Positions 24,201-36,398 of a stretch of 64,000 nt of DNA are shown piece by piece. Within the stretch, counting starts at the first letter, position 1. The number at the start of each line of letters is the position of its first letter. This DNA comes from Albugo candida. Taxonomy: Eukaryota. Under the pieces are notes generated by a model. It was not told the DNA's origin, did not search any database, and was given only the letters and a program-made list of their open reading frames with translations. Position numbers and translations under genes: made by a program. The stretch spans positions 496,001 to 560,000 of the forward strand of contig JBDOQK010000008.1 of assembly GCA_040437565.1 (NCBI GenBank), given 5' to 3'.

Positions 24201-27200
24201 TTAAATCCTTTTCCGATGATCATTTTGAACTACAGCATCGCAAAAATATGTGCCAGTCTTTATCAGCAGATACCTAGGCACAAAAGTGACGCGCATGAGA
24301 GCCTACGTAAAAAACTACGGGCAAGTAGCTTGCGTTCTGCTGGAGCTGTATACGCCAGCATAACAAAAAGAAGAGGAAGTGAGATTGAGAAAGAAGATGC
24401 TCAGAACCGTCACGCGTCGTTGTGGAAACAGGATCCTTTCCACCAACATCTATTGAGTCATGATGTGGTATCGCGATTATCCGTTACCGAGCTAAAGGCC
24501 TGTGTATCGAGCATATCGTTAATGTCTGAAAGTACTAGAATCGAGTCTTTTTTAGACACTTCAGCTCGTGAGCGATCACCACTCCTCTTGAACTCATTGA
24601 AATACGCCCGAATATCATTAATTGGATCCGAATTAGCCTTCATGTATGCCGACAATGTGAGCGCGATGACGCTGCTTATACATTCATATCGCTTCCTCTT
24701 ACCCTGGCTCGATCTCACAAAGTCTGCTATGATAAGGCCCAATATTTCTTGCACCAAGTCTTGGATTTTTGAAGCTCTTGTGACAATCTTTGAGTCATCC
24801 TTGCTGATCATTGACACATTTGGAGATCAGGACGAGTATTTATTAGCGATGACAGCATGCACTGCCTTTGAACTTGTGCAAATCTCAGCTTTAAAGTCCT
24901 ACAGGCTACCCACTATGCTCAATCTACTGAGAGGTATGCGAGATAAGAAAGCCTGGAAGGAATGCAAAGAAGTGGCTTGTCTTCGAGAAATACTATCGTT
25001 GATTGAGCTTGGTACATCATTCACTTTTGCCACAAATTTGACACCACAGCTTCCAACAACAGCTACAAAACAAAACACTGGTAGTACAGCTATAAAGTCT
25101 TTGGAGCCTGATACTGTCACATATTTCACGTCGATCGAAGAATGCGCTGAGAATTGTAGAAACTCAAATATGACATTCCAAAATGTAGTCACAAAACTCT
25201 TACCCGAAGGACATTCCTTCAAGCTCGATGTAGCTTGTAAATTGTGCCACATTGCGCTTCAGCATGAGCTCGACCTGAATGACCAAGAAAGTCTTCTCAG
25301 TACAACGATCTTGGATAGGATCGTATCAAATTTGAAGCTGAAAATGAAGATAAATGCGAGCATGAAACTGAGGAAATACATCAACGCTTTTGGTCCGCGG
25401 GGTTTAGAGATAACATGCTCTCAAGAGGATGAGCCAGAAGATCAGAATGAAGGCTCACACTCACCATCTGATGATCAATACCTTGCTTTATGGTGTGGAG
25501 AGTATTTCTTCCTACACGTCATCCGGCTGTATCGCATCTCTATGCGTGCTCATCATCAACACAATACGCAAGCAGGAAATCTGCATATCCACAAAGTACA
25601 CCAGTCTTGGCCTCTGAAGGATTGCTTTGAACAATGTTTACCAAAGTCTACATCGAAGACTGAATGCATATTAGACGACGAGGATGAAAAAAAGCTTGGT
25701 GGTTTTGTGGACATTATCGAAATGATATCACTTTGCTCCCGTTGTTTTGTCTATGCGGAGGCATGGCGATGTGTCAGAGATTCTATAAAGTATTTATGGA
25801 ATACACTCTTTGTCACTTGGACATCTCCCGAGGATTCTGTGTGGTCTGCTTATGCACTCGAGCATTTGGTTCACTGTATCGATTCTTTGATAGTAAGGAT
25901 AGAATGTTTGTGTGAAAAAACCACAGCAGAAATTACGCCGTGCTTGCCTTGGATTTCGGAACTTATAACATTCACCTTGAATGTCCTGATCAAAAACCAG
26001 GCTTGGCATGATGCCATCGCAGTTGCCGGTAGATACCACAAAGCACTCGTATCAACAGCCTCCATGAAGAGCATCTGTTGTACTTCCTTCAGCGCGGCTT
26101 CACTAAAATTCTTAGAGAAATGGGCAGGTCGACTTGTACTTGTACAGAAGCATTCCATCAGCGCCCAAAGCGCTCTGCAAAAATCTCATGAAGATATCTA
26201 CTCGGGAACCGATGATAGTGAAAAGCTTCTTGTTACAGTGGAGACAGTAGACCTCCACCCGCTTCGATCTAATGATGCATCGATGCAGCGAATTTCAGAC
26301 AAAGTAGAGAGTGAGAAAAGCGAGTATCAGCGTATGATGGAAGATTGTCAACGTCTTCGAACAGCCATTCTCTTCTGTAAGAAAGACCGACCAAGTCCCT
26401 CAAAGATGGCCAAAGTATCGATCGCGTATCAGCGCTGCCTGAAGCTTTGTTGCGAGAATTTAGAAAAAATGTATATATCCCGAGGATTCTGCGAATTCGG
26501 AGACTTGCAGTGGCATTTTAAGCAAAAAGAATTAGCTGTAGAAAGTTGGCAGGACGGTATCGATTACATTTTCCAAGTGGTCAATGTATTGGAATCATGG
26601 CCCCAAAGTCTCCGTGAAATCGAAATGATCGATATCGATTCGAAACTTCTTTGTCGTATCATACAAATAGACGAAAATCAAAGCGATTCTCACGCTCAGC
26701 GTGCATGGATATCCCTCCACGCGATTGTGTTACTTGGTCGTCTTGTGTTTACACAATCGTCATCAAATTTTATGGTGCAGCATTCCGTTCTAGGAGCTCA
26801 TTTGATACGGCTTCTCCTGCCACACTTTTGCATTATACATCCAACTCGAGCGTTTTTATATGGTTCTTACGATATCGGAAGCATGCAGGAACTATGGCCG
26901 GGTCACCCACTTCTCTGTGGGGAAGGATCTTGCGTCTCTCCTTTATCACTAATATTATCAATCCTTTCGTTTGTATCCGTCTTACTTACTTTCAGTGCTG
27001 GTGCGGGTAAATACTCTCAGCAAAGCAGCTTCCTAGTGGCAGGACTAATGACCACGACTCCACTTGAAACTCTCGCTTTACCAGCCATCACGTTGTATGA
27101 GTCGATTTCAAGACATCATATTCAAGATCTTATACACTCTGTGAATGCGAAAAGATTGAAGGTCGAGGCTTTGACCCTGGCCGGAAGATTTGGGGAAGCT

Positions 27201-29555
27201 CTGACGCAATGGAGTGAAATCGAACAAGTAACAAAAACATCGGCATGGGCTTTTGCCTCATCGTGCACGCTTCAACGTTTGCTCACGTGTTGGACCATAC
27301 ATTCTGCAAACACTTTAGTGGAGACGCTAAGATGTTTCACCAAGTCGCATTTTGATGTGGATGACAGCGGTATTAGTGAATTCGTTGGCTGGGTAGAAAG
27401 CATTGATTTGGTTGTTTTGAGAAGCCAATTCGACGCTCAAATAAACGACTGCGTACTTGTTTCGCTATTGTTTACAACTCTGATGCGATTGATTGCATCA
27501 ATTTCATCAGCTGTCGTTGGCCTTAGCAATGCCGGGATAATCATTGAAGGCTTCAGTGTCCGTATTGTGGCAGCTACAGACAAGCTGTTATCTTCTCTCG
27601 CTGAGAATGTGCAGGATCATAAGGCTCATCGATTCTGTGTCACAGATTGGAACGGATTTGGTTTTCTGATTATGGATTTGACATCTCTTCGGATTCAGCT
27701 TGCGATCGCACATTTTCAATGGAAATTGGCGCTTTCCTTGTGTGATGATGCTTTAAAATGTAAGACTGAGCAATCGAGTGCTTTGAAAGGTGAGCCGAAT
27801 CCGATCTATCCTTCCCTGTTGTCGTTGGAATGGCGCGTGCCACCATGGGCGTTCTACATCCCTCATCATCAGAGGCTACAAATTCATATATTACGTCTCT
27901 CGATATTGCTGCATAATCGGCTTTACTGTGACGTTGTGACGGAAGCCGAAATACTTTTGAATTCGGGAGAAAAGGATTGCATAAGTGTCCATCTGATAGT
28001 ACAATTGGCATTTTTGCAGATGCGAGCGTATTTGCACCTCGGCGATTTAAAAGCTTCCAACGAAAAGATCGAATGGATTCTCAATCAGTGTCGAATTCAC
28101 TCCTTAAAGCAGTCACTTTTGTACGTACAGACGCTTCGAGCTTCCAACGAGCTCCAACTACTTCGTCTCAATCAAGGCCCATTTCCGAATCAAAATGCCT
28201 TATTCGACGTGTACCAAAACGTGGTGACGAAATTAGCTGAAGCGGAATCAATTGTCGATAGGCTCTTAGAGGAAGTCGGATGGTGTGGGCTGAGCCAACC
28301 GGTCGATCGTATTGTAAACATTTCTCTCTCTGCACTTCCAATATTCACAATAATCAAATTGGACTTTGCTCAGGTCTTTTTGAGCATCCATCCTTTCCAA
28401 AACCCAAAGGAGTATGAGAAAATTCTCGTGAAAATCGACCAAGGCCTTCAGTCAGCCAAACAAGCACTAAACAACACACACACTATCCGTGTGCGGCTCT
28501 TACTACTCAAAGGAATGATCCAACGAAGACTGCATACGCTACATTCTTCGTCCTTGGCCTCACACGAGATCATCAGCGTCTTCAAAGAAGCCATTACTTG
28601 CTGCATTCAAAGTGGGAATCACGACCGAGTTTTACTTCGAACAGCGTTTATCGAGCTTGTCGCTTTCTTTGTATATCAGTGGGAACATACTCAACATCAT
28701 CCTTCGTCTTTCCAACAAGCATATCGTTTTATGGAGCTTGCTCGCATCGTCCAAGATCAAGAGGAGCTGTTACCCCGAATCAGTGAACAATGCGAGAAAA
28801 TCGCATTCGATAACATCGAATTGATTCCTTCTCTTGTCATGGATCGACTGAGGCATTTCTCTGCGGTAAAAGACACTGATCCATCCGATAGCACACAAGC
28901 GGTGAGCTCTACACAACTCATCAATCTACTCATCTATTCCTATCATCGTCGAGATACCTTTGCCGATTCGTTCGCTTATCACGATGCAATCACAAATGCA
29001 TTGCATCGCTTTTTGAAAACAAACTATCCGGCGTATGCTGACAACTGTGTACCAGCTGACGATGAAGCAAAAAATGGCTCTAAAATTCCGTCGCTTTTCA
29101 TGTGCTGGGATCAAGCGTATCCGCTGACGTCCAACAGCTGCAGCTTGTACGTCATGAGATATAAAGAGGAAGATTTTCGCGTACTGAAGCACTTGATTTT
29201 CACACGCCAACAGCGAACTCTTTTCCAGAAGCTCGGGCAGAATGCAAGTGCAATCAGACGTGAAGCAGAAGCAAGCTCGAGCCATGAAGCCTTGTCCGCC
29301 TATACGGAACGATGGAACAAGCTATTGATTGATCTGCAGAGTATATGTGAGGAATGTGCGGAAAACCCAAATACAACTACGGAGCAATTGCTCCTTCCAG
29401 GCGACTCGGACACGGCTGAGATTAGACATTTGTTTCTACAAAGGCTCTCATGGCTTCAACTCTTTTTGGAATGCGATCGCTCTGTCTGCTTGTGGGAAGA
29501 CGAGGCACTGTGTCATTTTTTATGGCGTGTATTCGAAACGATTCAGTCAAAATGA
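21228..29555 (+). CDS. CFAP54: Cilia- and flagella-associated protein 54-like, single 2775-aa ORF
   Basis: Giant helical protein with the CFAP54-like segment LLPPKIICQSSTSV...SLPGTG...LNPNEKYLFAFAAFD...GGIG and LCMESQLVLSTVQFLKYRMYLY. Confidence 0.75.
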   Translation: MATREVWASRLSDLTLNENTDTEEIQKDLRAAIESLQGILQLQRTKKKRNKSIDANLASRTEQIAWYGTISKLLDEESQKVLRFLRSGMNMTEEYIPFDQLTFNRLSWLQILRAAGNELVQSQEYRAARRFFYDPMYRLLIKSIKSIDPKTTILSSMEIMGIELCIDAIYKSAYCQFQDALPSDRVIRQISTYHTICEAIRLAREGLEIAVNASHCQADSISKSGLKHKFAWLVMNGIHWIVYMVKQLQSSTGRSFIATGEVEAHSAKIYSEQVLVPFLTYCLLCMESQLVLSTVQFLKYRMYLYQLIVDMYLRLSQEASSLEMIKNYTTAASTCVNRADNSVKRLRKVEEYDLPLPSNVETCLKFAESIVRFLIARIRVAEFGCAQVLLKLEKKIPTEKLTKAEKNDIATWTFTEEIVGKVLSIESEKIIVLIDHLCKLNLDNLSSDPWKQWHKALVSYLYKSLDPFLKLFIEKVNAGTDNDDGKEAERNLSLTLPIVSHLSILGHFYTSRMLTELEVLLQTLSARRSILCIDSMENSIAERIQLEITMYKSLDRFEQKLSEMELVHDSIQVDDFESIQKHTVDICRAITACIRFRSKRCQYKCDAIPSHLKDWLIDIALNLWKRFECSICSIAKMNEKNQPTSEKEVMQHQIGRDVLVTIHETLTAVNFDDMPFRASITLRLAVLLHNQRNLTDAAQLLRNEVGKIGLERGRLIINSHQRNQSGDSNSLKRDVGRSFGCAYEALVASEYDLYTLLFRTELEILEGSSRDSSSQSSGKCDNSTEKILRKDIRHNGYLSHSYYLQKLHNVCTNAKLSSTTDQKILDSASTLLNDLYLNLKAIEKQEEKLIQIPMSNSDLNKSRNCEHVTSPSRSKRLLPPKIICQSSTSVIVRYQPKCDVNWTEHKATCVECIPSYYKLYGDVAKASTRLSMNSISLPGTGIRLPIDTVRSKGIQISSLNPNEKYLFAFAAFDDKNEILFGGIGHALSVVALNPFPMIILNYSIAKICASLYQQIPRHKSDAHESLRKKLRASSLRSAGAVYASITKRRGSEIEKEDAQNRHASLWKQDPFHQHLLSHDVVSRLSVTELKACVSSISLMSESTRIESFLDTSARERSPLLLNSLKYARISLIGSELAFMYADNVSAMTLLIHSYRFLLPWLDLTKSAMIRPNISCTKSWIFEALVTIFESSLLIIDTFGDQDEYLLAMTACTAFELVQISALKSYRLPTMLNLLRGMRDKKAWKECKEVACLREILSLIELGTSFTFATNLTPQLPTTATKQNTGSTAIKSLEPDTVTYFTSIEECAENCRNSNMTFQNVVTKLLPEGHSFKLDVACKLCHIALQHELDLNDQESLLSTTILDRIVSNLKLKMKINASMKLRKYINAFGPRGLEITCSQEDEPEDQNEGSHSPSDDQYLALWCGEYFFLHVIRLYRISMRAHHQHNTQAGNLHIHKVHQSWPLKDCFEQCLPKSTSKTECILDDEDEKKLGGFVDIIEMISLCSRCFVYAEAWRCVRDSIKYLWNTLFVTWTSPEDSVWSAYALEHLVHCIDSLIVRIECLCEKTTAEITPCLPWISELITFTLNVLIKNQAWHDAIAVAGRYHKALVSTASMKSICCTSFSAASLKFLEKWAGRLVLVQKHSISAQSALQKSHEDIYSGTDDSEKLLVTVETVDLHPLRSNDASMQRISDKVESEKSEYQRMMEDCQRLRTAILFCKKDRPSPSKMAKVSIAYQRCLKLCCENLEKMYISRGFCEFGDLQWHFKQKELAVESWQDGIDYIFQVVNVLESWPQSLREIEMIDIDSKLLCRIIQIDENQSDSHAQRAWISLHAIVLLGRLVFTQSSSNFMVQHSVLGAHLIRLLLPHFCIIHPTRAFLYGSYDIGSMQELWPGHPLLCGEGSCVSPLSLILSILSFVSVLLTFSAGAGKYSQQSSFLVAGLMTTTPLETLALPAITLYESISRHHIQDLIHSVNAKRLKVEALTLAGRFGEALTQWSEIEQVTKTSAWAFASSCTLQRLLTCWTIHSANTLVETLRCFTKSHFDVDDSGISEFVGWVESIDLVVLRSQFDAQINDCVLVSLLFTTLMRLIASISSAVVGLSNAGIIIEGFSVRIVAATDKLLSSLAENVQDHKAHRFCVTDWNGFGFLIMDLTSLRIQLAIAHFQWKLALSLCDDALKCKTEQSSALKGEPNPIYPSLLSLEWRVPPWAFYIPHHQRLQIHILRLSILLHNRLYCDVVTEAEILLNSGEKDCISVHLIVQLAFLQMRAYLHLGDLKASNEKIEWILNQCRIHSLKQSLLYVQTLRASNELQLLRLNQGPFPNQNALFDVYQNVVTKLAEAESIVDRLLEEVGWCGLSQPVDRIVNISLSALPIFTIIKLDFAQVFLSIHPFQNPKEYEKILVKIDQGLQSAKQALNNTHTIRVRLLLLKGMIQRRLHTLHSSSLASHEIISVFKEAITCCIQSGNHDRVLLRTAFIELVAFFVYQWEHTQHHPSSFQQAYRFMELARIVQDQEELLPRISEQCEKIAFDNIELIPSLVMDRLRHFSAVKDTDPSDSTQAVSSTQLINLLIYSYHRRDTFADSFAYHDAITNALHRFLKTNYPAYADNCVPADDEAKNGSKIPSLFMCWDQAYPLTSNSCSLYVMRYKEEDFRVLKHLIFTRQQRTLFQKLGQNASAIRREAEASSSHEALSAYTERWNKLLIDLQSICEECAENPNTTTEQLLLPGDSDTAEIRHLFLQRLSWLQLFLECDRSVCLWEDEALCHFLWRVFETIQSK

Positions 29556-29650
29556 ATGACAAATTGGTGATTGTAAAGCACAAATGTAATTGAATTGTTG
29601 TGACACAATGCGAGTGAGTTGTATTCGAATGGGTTACCATATTTCTACTT

Positions 29651-31076
29651 CTATTCCGCGGATGCAATTTCGATGCGACTTCCTCGACGTATTTGGCCCC
29701 ATCCTATCAAACGCCAATGTTTCTCAATTCGACGACTAATAGCGATCTTCTCTCCTTCTTGCGTGCAGACAGGAACAGTCAACAATATTTTCGCTAAATC
29801 TTGTTTGACTGCCAGCACTTTTCCACCCGTTGCCGTAGAGCCGATATTCACCATCAGTACTTCTGCCTTTGAAAGTTTCTGCACTTTGGAAGCTTTACTT
29901 CCGTCTTGCGTTTTCACACCCAAAAGCCGCTTCAGTAGGTAAAAGTTGATTTCCAATTCGGTGAATACATCAGGAAGATTCCCTTTAATGCCCAGCACTT
30001 GACCAACCAATCGATCCGAGCGTGTTAATGTAGGATCAATCAGCGTTCCAACTCCGATCAATCCTCCAGGTACTGCATACTGTAAATCATTTTTTTCGGC
30101 AAAGAGAGAGACAATGCGTGAGAAAATCGGTACACAGGTCACTTTACCGTCGTCATTCTTACTGACGATTCCAGGGCGTACTTCGATTTCATCGTTCACA
30201 CGTAGGACACCTTGTAGGATAGAGCCCCCAGCAACGCCGCCCTTTAGGTTCTCCACATCCTCTCCGGGTTTGTTGACATCGAAAGAACGAATGACAATAA
30301 GTTTTGGTTTTGACGTGAAATCACGTTTTGGAATCGGTATATTTCGTACGATATATTCACAGACCACGTCAATGTTATATTTGAGAACCGCAGAAATTGG
30401 AATAATTGGAGCATCATGAGCAACTGTTCCAGCCACAAATTTCTTGATCTGTTCATGTTGAGCGACCGCTACATCTTTCTTGATAAGATCGACTTTGTTT
30501 TGTAAAATGATAATATTTTGCAATCTCATAATTTCAATAGCAGCGAGATGCTCCGACGTCTGTGGTTGTGGGCATACTTCATTGCCTGCGACAAGCAACA
30601 GAGCTGCATCCATCACTGCAGCTCCATTCAGCATTGTTGCCATTAGAATGTCATGTCCTGGGCAGTCAACAAATGAAACATGACGTTGCAGTACCCATTT
30701 CTTCTGATCCACTTCATCAACAAATGTGTCTGGTTTGGAACTCCCAAACGCGCGATAACACCCAATCCCATTCTCATTCTCTGTTTTGTAGATTTTTGCA
30801 TTCGCATACCCGAGTTTGATTGTGATATTACGTTCCAATTCATTTTTAAAACGAACAGTTTGCACACCCGAAATGGCTTTCACCACAGTCGATTTTCCAT
30901 GTGCCACGTGCCCAATAGTTCCGATATTGATAGTCGCCTGCCAGAAATCTCGTTAGTACGTGCATTGGTAGAGTGAAAGCACAAACCTGTCGACTGATGA
31001 CTTCTGGAGTCAGCGGACTGAGCTGCTCAACCCTTAGCTTGGACAAATCTTGTACGGCCAAGTGTGTTGCAGCCAT
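29651..31076 (-). CDS. EIF2S3: Translation initiation factor eIF2 gamma subunit (one intron near 30939-30986)
   Basis: [11 protein letters not shown]...[53 protein letters not shown]. Confidence 0.97.
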
Positions 31077-31366
31077 AATACGCAATAGAACAGCTTCTTG
31101 TAGTATGCAAATGTATGTTTTGGTGAGGATCCTCGTTGAAATATGTCGAGAAACGTTAAGGCTTGCACGTAAATGGGCCAAGATCGAGCCTTCCTGTCTT
31201 GTCCACAAGCCTTCTTTACGAATGGCACAAAAATGTGATCCAAAAATGTGGTACATATGTACCTGGTTACAGGTACATATATAATGTAACGGATGAGGCA
31301 TCCAATGCATCGATTTTTATCATTCTATTCCTGACCGCTTAAGATCTGCAACGTTTGGCATCTATC

Positions 31367-34300
31367 ATGCCAGATATAATCCATGCAGCGCCATCGCATA
31401 ATGCATCCAAGAGGAAGTCGGTTGTTATGCATTCGATAGCGAGTCAGGAGGCAGTGAATCACTCGATTACTTTGCGGTATGTCGCTATTGATTGATTATG
31501 AAGAGGTCTGATGGGATCTATCGCAGTTATTTGTATGGGATAAAGACTAATGTGAGGAATAATTTGGCGTTTCTTGATGATGCGACTTTATGCTATCCTT
31601 GCGGCCACAATTTGGTCTTTTATAATGTGGAGAATAAAGACATGCAATTCATCCACAACAATGACACAACAAGCACGGANNNNNNNNNNNNNNNNNNNNN
31701 NNNNNNNNNNNNNNNNNNNNNNNNNNNNNNNNNNNNNNNNNNNNNNNNNNNNNNNNNNNNNNNNNNNNNNNNNNNNNNNTGTATGGGATAAAGACTAATG
31801 TGAGGAATAATTTGGCGTTTCTTGATGATGCGACTTTATGCTATCCTTGCGGCCACAATTTGGTCTTTTATAATGTGGAGAATAAAGACATGCAATTCAT
31901 CCACAACAATGACACAACAAGCACGGAAGGAATGACTTCATTCGCTGTATCACTCGATAAAAGGTGATTTTTGGGTGGAACCAATTTCGATGCAAAAATT
32001 GATATTTTTTGTGTATTAGACTTATTGCCGTTGCAGAAAAAGGATCTTTATCGGCTCAAATTCATATTTATGATGCTTCTTCGTTGAAAAGATGCAAGAC
32101 GATAACATTAACGGAATCAAGTGCTTGCATTTCAGTTGAATTCTCTCTTGATCGCAAGTATCTAATGAGTCAAAGTGGTGCTCCTGATTATAATCTTTCT
32201 CTATGGCTTTGGGAAAAGCTTAAGCTTGTGGCATCGATAAAAATGAGTGCTTCTTCAGGATGGTCAAACGGACACACTGTACAAACCGCTAGGATATCTC
32301 CATCGGACGCGATGAATATATGTGTCAGTGGGAACGGTATCATCAAACTTTTTAAATTCTCTGATAGCCAATTGCGCCCGCAAATAATTACAACAAAGCG
32401 AGAGACTCCCAAATTCATATCGCATTCTTGGATAACGGAAGAACGTGTTATCGCCGCTGTAGACACAGGAGATCTCTGGTATTTCGAGCAGAATGAAGTT
32501 CGTCAGATCATCAACTCTTCGTCTGGTGAAGGTCATTTCACCATTTCGATCGTCGGGTACTCTAAAGGCTTTATTTGTGCTGGGACCGATGGCATTGTGT
32601 ATTTCTTTGACCGTGTGGATGAGGGACGTGAGTACTACCGGAAAGCGAAAGCATTCAAGATCGACACATGTGTCAGCTCGATCTGTAGCATTGTAAAGAG
32701 CTCAAGCGAAGACGTCCTGGTCTGTTGTCTTGACAATAATCGATTGTATTCTCTCGTGATCTCCAATACCGATATTCTGAAAGAAGACATGACAAACTTT
32801 GAAATACTTTCGACATCAAATCACTCTGCTGGTGAGCTAGGAAGTGATATCACAGGTCTTGATACGTGCATCCGAAAGCCTCTGATCGTTACTTGCGGTC
32901 ATGACAAATCGCTTCGAGTATGGAATTATATCGATCATACCATCGAAGTCATGAAAACATTCAAAGAAGAGATGCATTCAGTAGCATTTCATCCTTCTGG
33001 ACTTCACGTGATCGTCGGGTTTTCCGACAAATTAAAAATGCTAAACGTATTAATGGATACGATTCGACCATTTCGACAGTATGCCATCAAAGCGTGTCAA
33101 GAAGTGCGATACAGTCACGGCGGTCAGAATTTTGCTGCTGTGAATAACAATGTCGTACATGTATATGCGACATATACGGGAGAATTATTATCGATTCTTC
33201 GTGGTCATTCCAATCGAGTCAACGCGATAAGTTGGAGGCGAAATGATCGGAGTCTGCTGACCTGTGGCTTGGATGGACACGTTATTCTCTGGAATCTACG
33301 TGCTGCTGGAAAGATTGGTAGTAGCCATTCTCAAGCTCGAAGTGTCTACCTAGACGCAGCAGTGACATTCGGAGGCGATATTGCCTACGCAACATCAAAC
33401 GATGGATATCTCAGAGAAATCGATATGAATTCGGGCTCCATAAAAGCCGAACATTTGACGAAAACAGCGTTGGGACCGATCGCATTGTCAAACTCACAAC
33501 AAGTTTTATATGCTGGGTCTACGGATCCCGATAAAGTGGGAAGTATATTCGTCTATCACGTTCCGTTATTCGTTGAGGTACCACGCGAGCAGACTTTGAA
33601 TGATCGATCGCAGCTCAGTGAGGCTTCCACTGAGAGTGTGAATGGGAGCTCGAGTCCTGACAAAGATACAGCAACGCTTTTGGGTAAAACAATTGCTCGA
33701 TATTCAGAGTATCGATGTCATGACCGAGCAATCACTCGACTTCGTCTGTCGTGCGACAACAAGTATCTATTCTCTGTGAGTCAAGATGGCGTCTTAGCTG
33801 TTTTCTCAACACAGGAAGCTCCAGTGCGTCTAAACAAGAACGAGTTGAGCAATACGTCACGTGCAAACTCATCCGGCTCAGCAATAGCGAACACTGTTCT
33901 ATTCGCTGAGGAAATTTTAATCACGAAATCGGAAGTCGAAGAAAAACAGCAAGTGATGCTGGAGCTTAAAGCTAAAGTCGATGAACTTACCCATCACAAC
34001 GACTATCAGCTTCGATCCAAGGAGATCGCATGCCAGGAGAGTCTACAAGATATGAAAGATAGACTGTCGGTCGAACTCGCACAGGATAAACAGCGATGCG
34101 CAGATATCAAACAAGATCAAAAGCAGATGGAGAATGAATATGAGAAAAAGATGCAAGAAATAAAACGACAGCAACATCTTGAACGACAAGAAATGGAAGC
34201 AATGTATGACGGAAAAATCAAAGTGGAAAATGAGCGATTACATGCTCTCCAGCAATCTTGCGAGCTGCAAAATACTAATTACCAACAAGAAAATTCTCAG

Positions 34301-35773
34301 CTAGTACAGCATCATTCTCAAGCCCTCGCGGAACTCACGACTCGATACGATCAAGAAATCGCACTGGAGCACAATATTCAGCGAGAAGCTCATCTTAAAA
34401 AGCAAGAAATGATGCGAAGAAATGATCAGTATCATAATGATTTAGACAAAGATGCTGACAAAGAGATAGAGAGCATGCAGTACAGATTCGAAGTCAAAAT
34501 GAATGAAGAACGAGAGATTCTCACTCGATTAAGGAGCGAAAACACGATCATGAAGAAGAAATTCACATCCTTACAGCAGGACATTGAAGATCAAAAGGAA
34601 GAGATACGCGCGATCGAGGAAAAGAGCAAGGAGCTTATGGAGACAATTAACGCATTAAAGAAAGATGTCGTCGGTCATCAGAAAGAAATACGAGAGCGAG
34701 AAGAAACCATCCAGGACAAAGAAAAGCGTATTTTCGATCTGAAGAAGAAGAACCAGGAGCTTGAAAAGTTTAAATTTGTGCTGGATTATAAAATCAAAGA
34801 ATTGACGAGACAAATCGAGCCTCGAGAACAGGAGATTGTGAAATTGCAAACGCAAATACAGGAAATGGATGTAGAGCTGGAACAATATCAGAAGAGTAAT
34901 AGCGCACTCGATTTGATGGTCGGTGACTTGAGGCTGAAAATGGATGGGATGCAAAAAGAACTACAGGCTCAGACTCGAGAAATGCAAGTGAGAAAGCAAT
35001 CCAGCGAGCAAATTCGAGTAGATCTGTCAAAATGTGCAAAGCACGCACAAAATTGTAAAGAGCTCAAAGCTGCACTGATTCAATTTAGTAAAACGTACGG
35101 AGCAATCACATCGCTAGTTCGAAAGCCTGAGCAGGGAGAAATCGTCAATTCGTCCGAATGCAGTCGACAACGCGAGTATCTGGAAAAGGAAGTTGGATCG
35201 TTGAAAAAGAAGATTGTAAATGGTTTGTCATGGAAAGAAAGCGAGGTGTATCGCTTACAGCGTGAAAATGCTCTTCTTAGCGTACAGGCCAACGAATTAC
35301 GTCGAGAGCTTCAAACGACACAAACAAGGTGCTCGGAACTGAAAAAAAGCAAGAATCCATCTCATCAAAACAAATACGAAACTGATTCAGATTTTGACAC
35401 GAGGGTGATAGTTCATCCGACAAAAAGCCCGAATAACGAGAATAAGCTTACTTTGCAAGTCGGCGAGACAAGTCGGCAAGACCCGAGGATAGAGAAGAGT
35501 CATCAAGCTGAGTATCGCGAAATACACATGCAACAAAAAGAAATCATGCAGTTGAAAGAACGGTTGTCGGTTTTACAAAATACGCTGGGAGGGTCCCTGC
35601 AGCCTTTGAATCCAAGTACTGGTCGTGTTGTTGGCAGCACATCACCAATCAATCAGGCATTTGTACAAAGTAAATCGACTTGTAGTAGTACTCCAACAGC
35701 ACCAACAGCGTTCCTCCTTGACGTGGATGTGCCTTCGTCTTTCTCTCCAACAGATCGTCTTCCACCAGTTTGA
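31367..35773 (+). CDS. CFAP57: WD-repeat/coiled-coil flagellar protein CFAP57 (WDR65); 5' exons span gap duplication
   Basis: YGIKTNVRNNLAFLDDATLCYPCGHNLV; ITGLDTCIRKPLIVTCGHDKSLRVWNY; AFHPSGLHVIVGFSDKL; coiled coil KEIREREETIQDKEKRIFDLKKKNQELEKFKFVLDYKIKEL. Start is ATG 31367 or in-frame ATG 31427. Confidence 0.92.
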
Positions 35774-36398
35774 TGACATCATTCTTACGACCGAGTAGTC
35801 CGACAGACGTCTCAGTTCTTCTTTCTGCGTTGGTACATCGAGGTACTTTTATGTAGACACTGTTCCTGTGGGCAAGCGTTATCAACGAAATCAATAAAAA
35901 ATAAAACATATTTGTACATATTCAGTGAGCCTTTTGTCGATGTGAATGTGATTAGGAATCTGAACGAATAGAATCATTTTCCCCATAACAAAAACCTCCT
36001 CAAGTCGCAGTGTGGATCCCTAAACTGATTATAAGCGCATTATTAAAGCAGTACATTGCATCGACGCGCACATTGGGCTTGATTTCGACCGCATCGAGCA
36101 TTACCACACTACGCAGAAGCAGGAAAGAATAAAGCACTTTTGATTGTGTGTACGCTTACTCCATGTTACCGACCACCTCCTGAATCGTTCCGGATATCCT
36201 TGTATCATTTTTCAAGTCAATTTGCACGTGCTCACCAACTAAACTTTTCAAAAACACGACAAGAGTCGGTGATCGCTTGGAATTTCCGCGCATCATGTCC
36301 AGGCGTTATGATTGGATATATTATACACACTTAGGTACTGTGATTGGGTGAATTCTCTTTGCATATTAGCCAATCGATACGATTCTTTTTGGCTGGCA

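Noticed and set aside
7238-31928. Short direct repeats around gaps at 7270, 15336, 16573 and 31680 (possible TSDs or CRISPR-like repeats)
   Set aside because: Each is simply the contig end repeated after a fixed 100-N spacer; no repeat-spacer array anywhere in the window.
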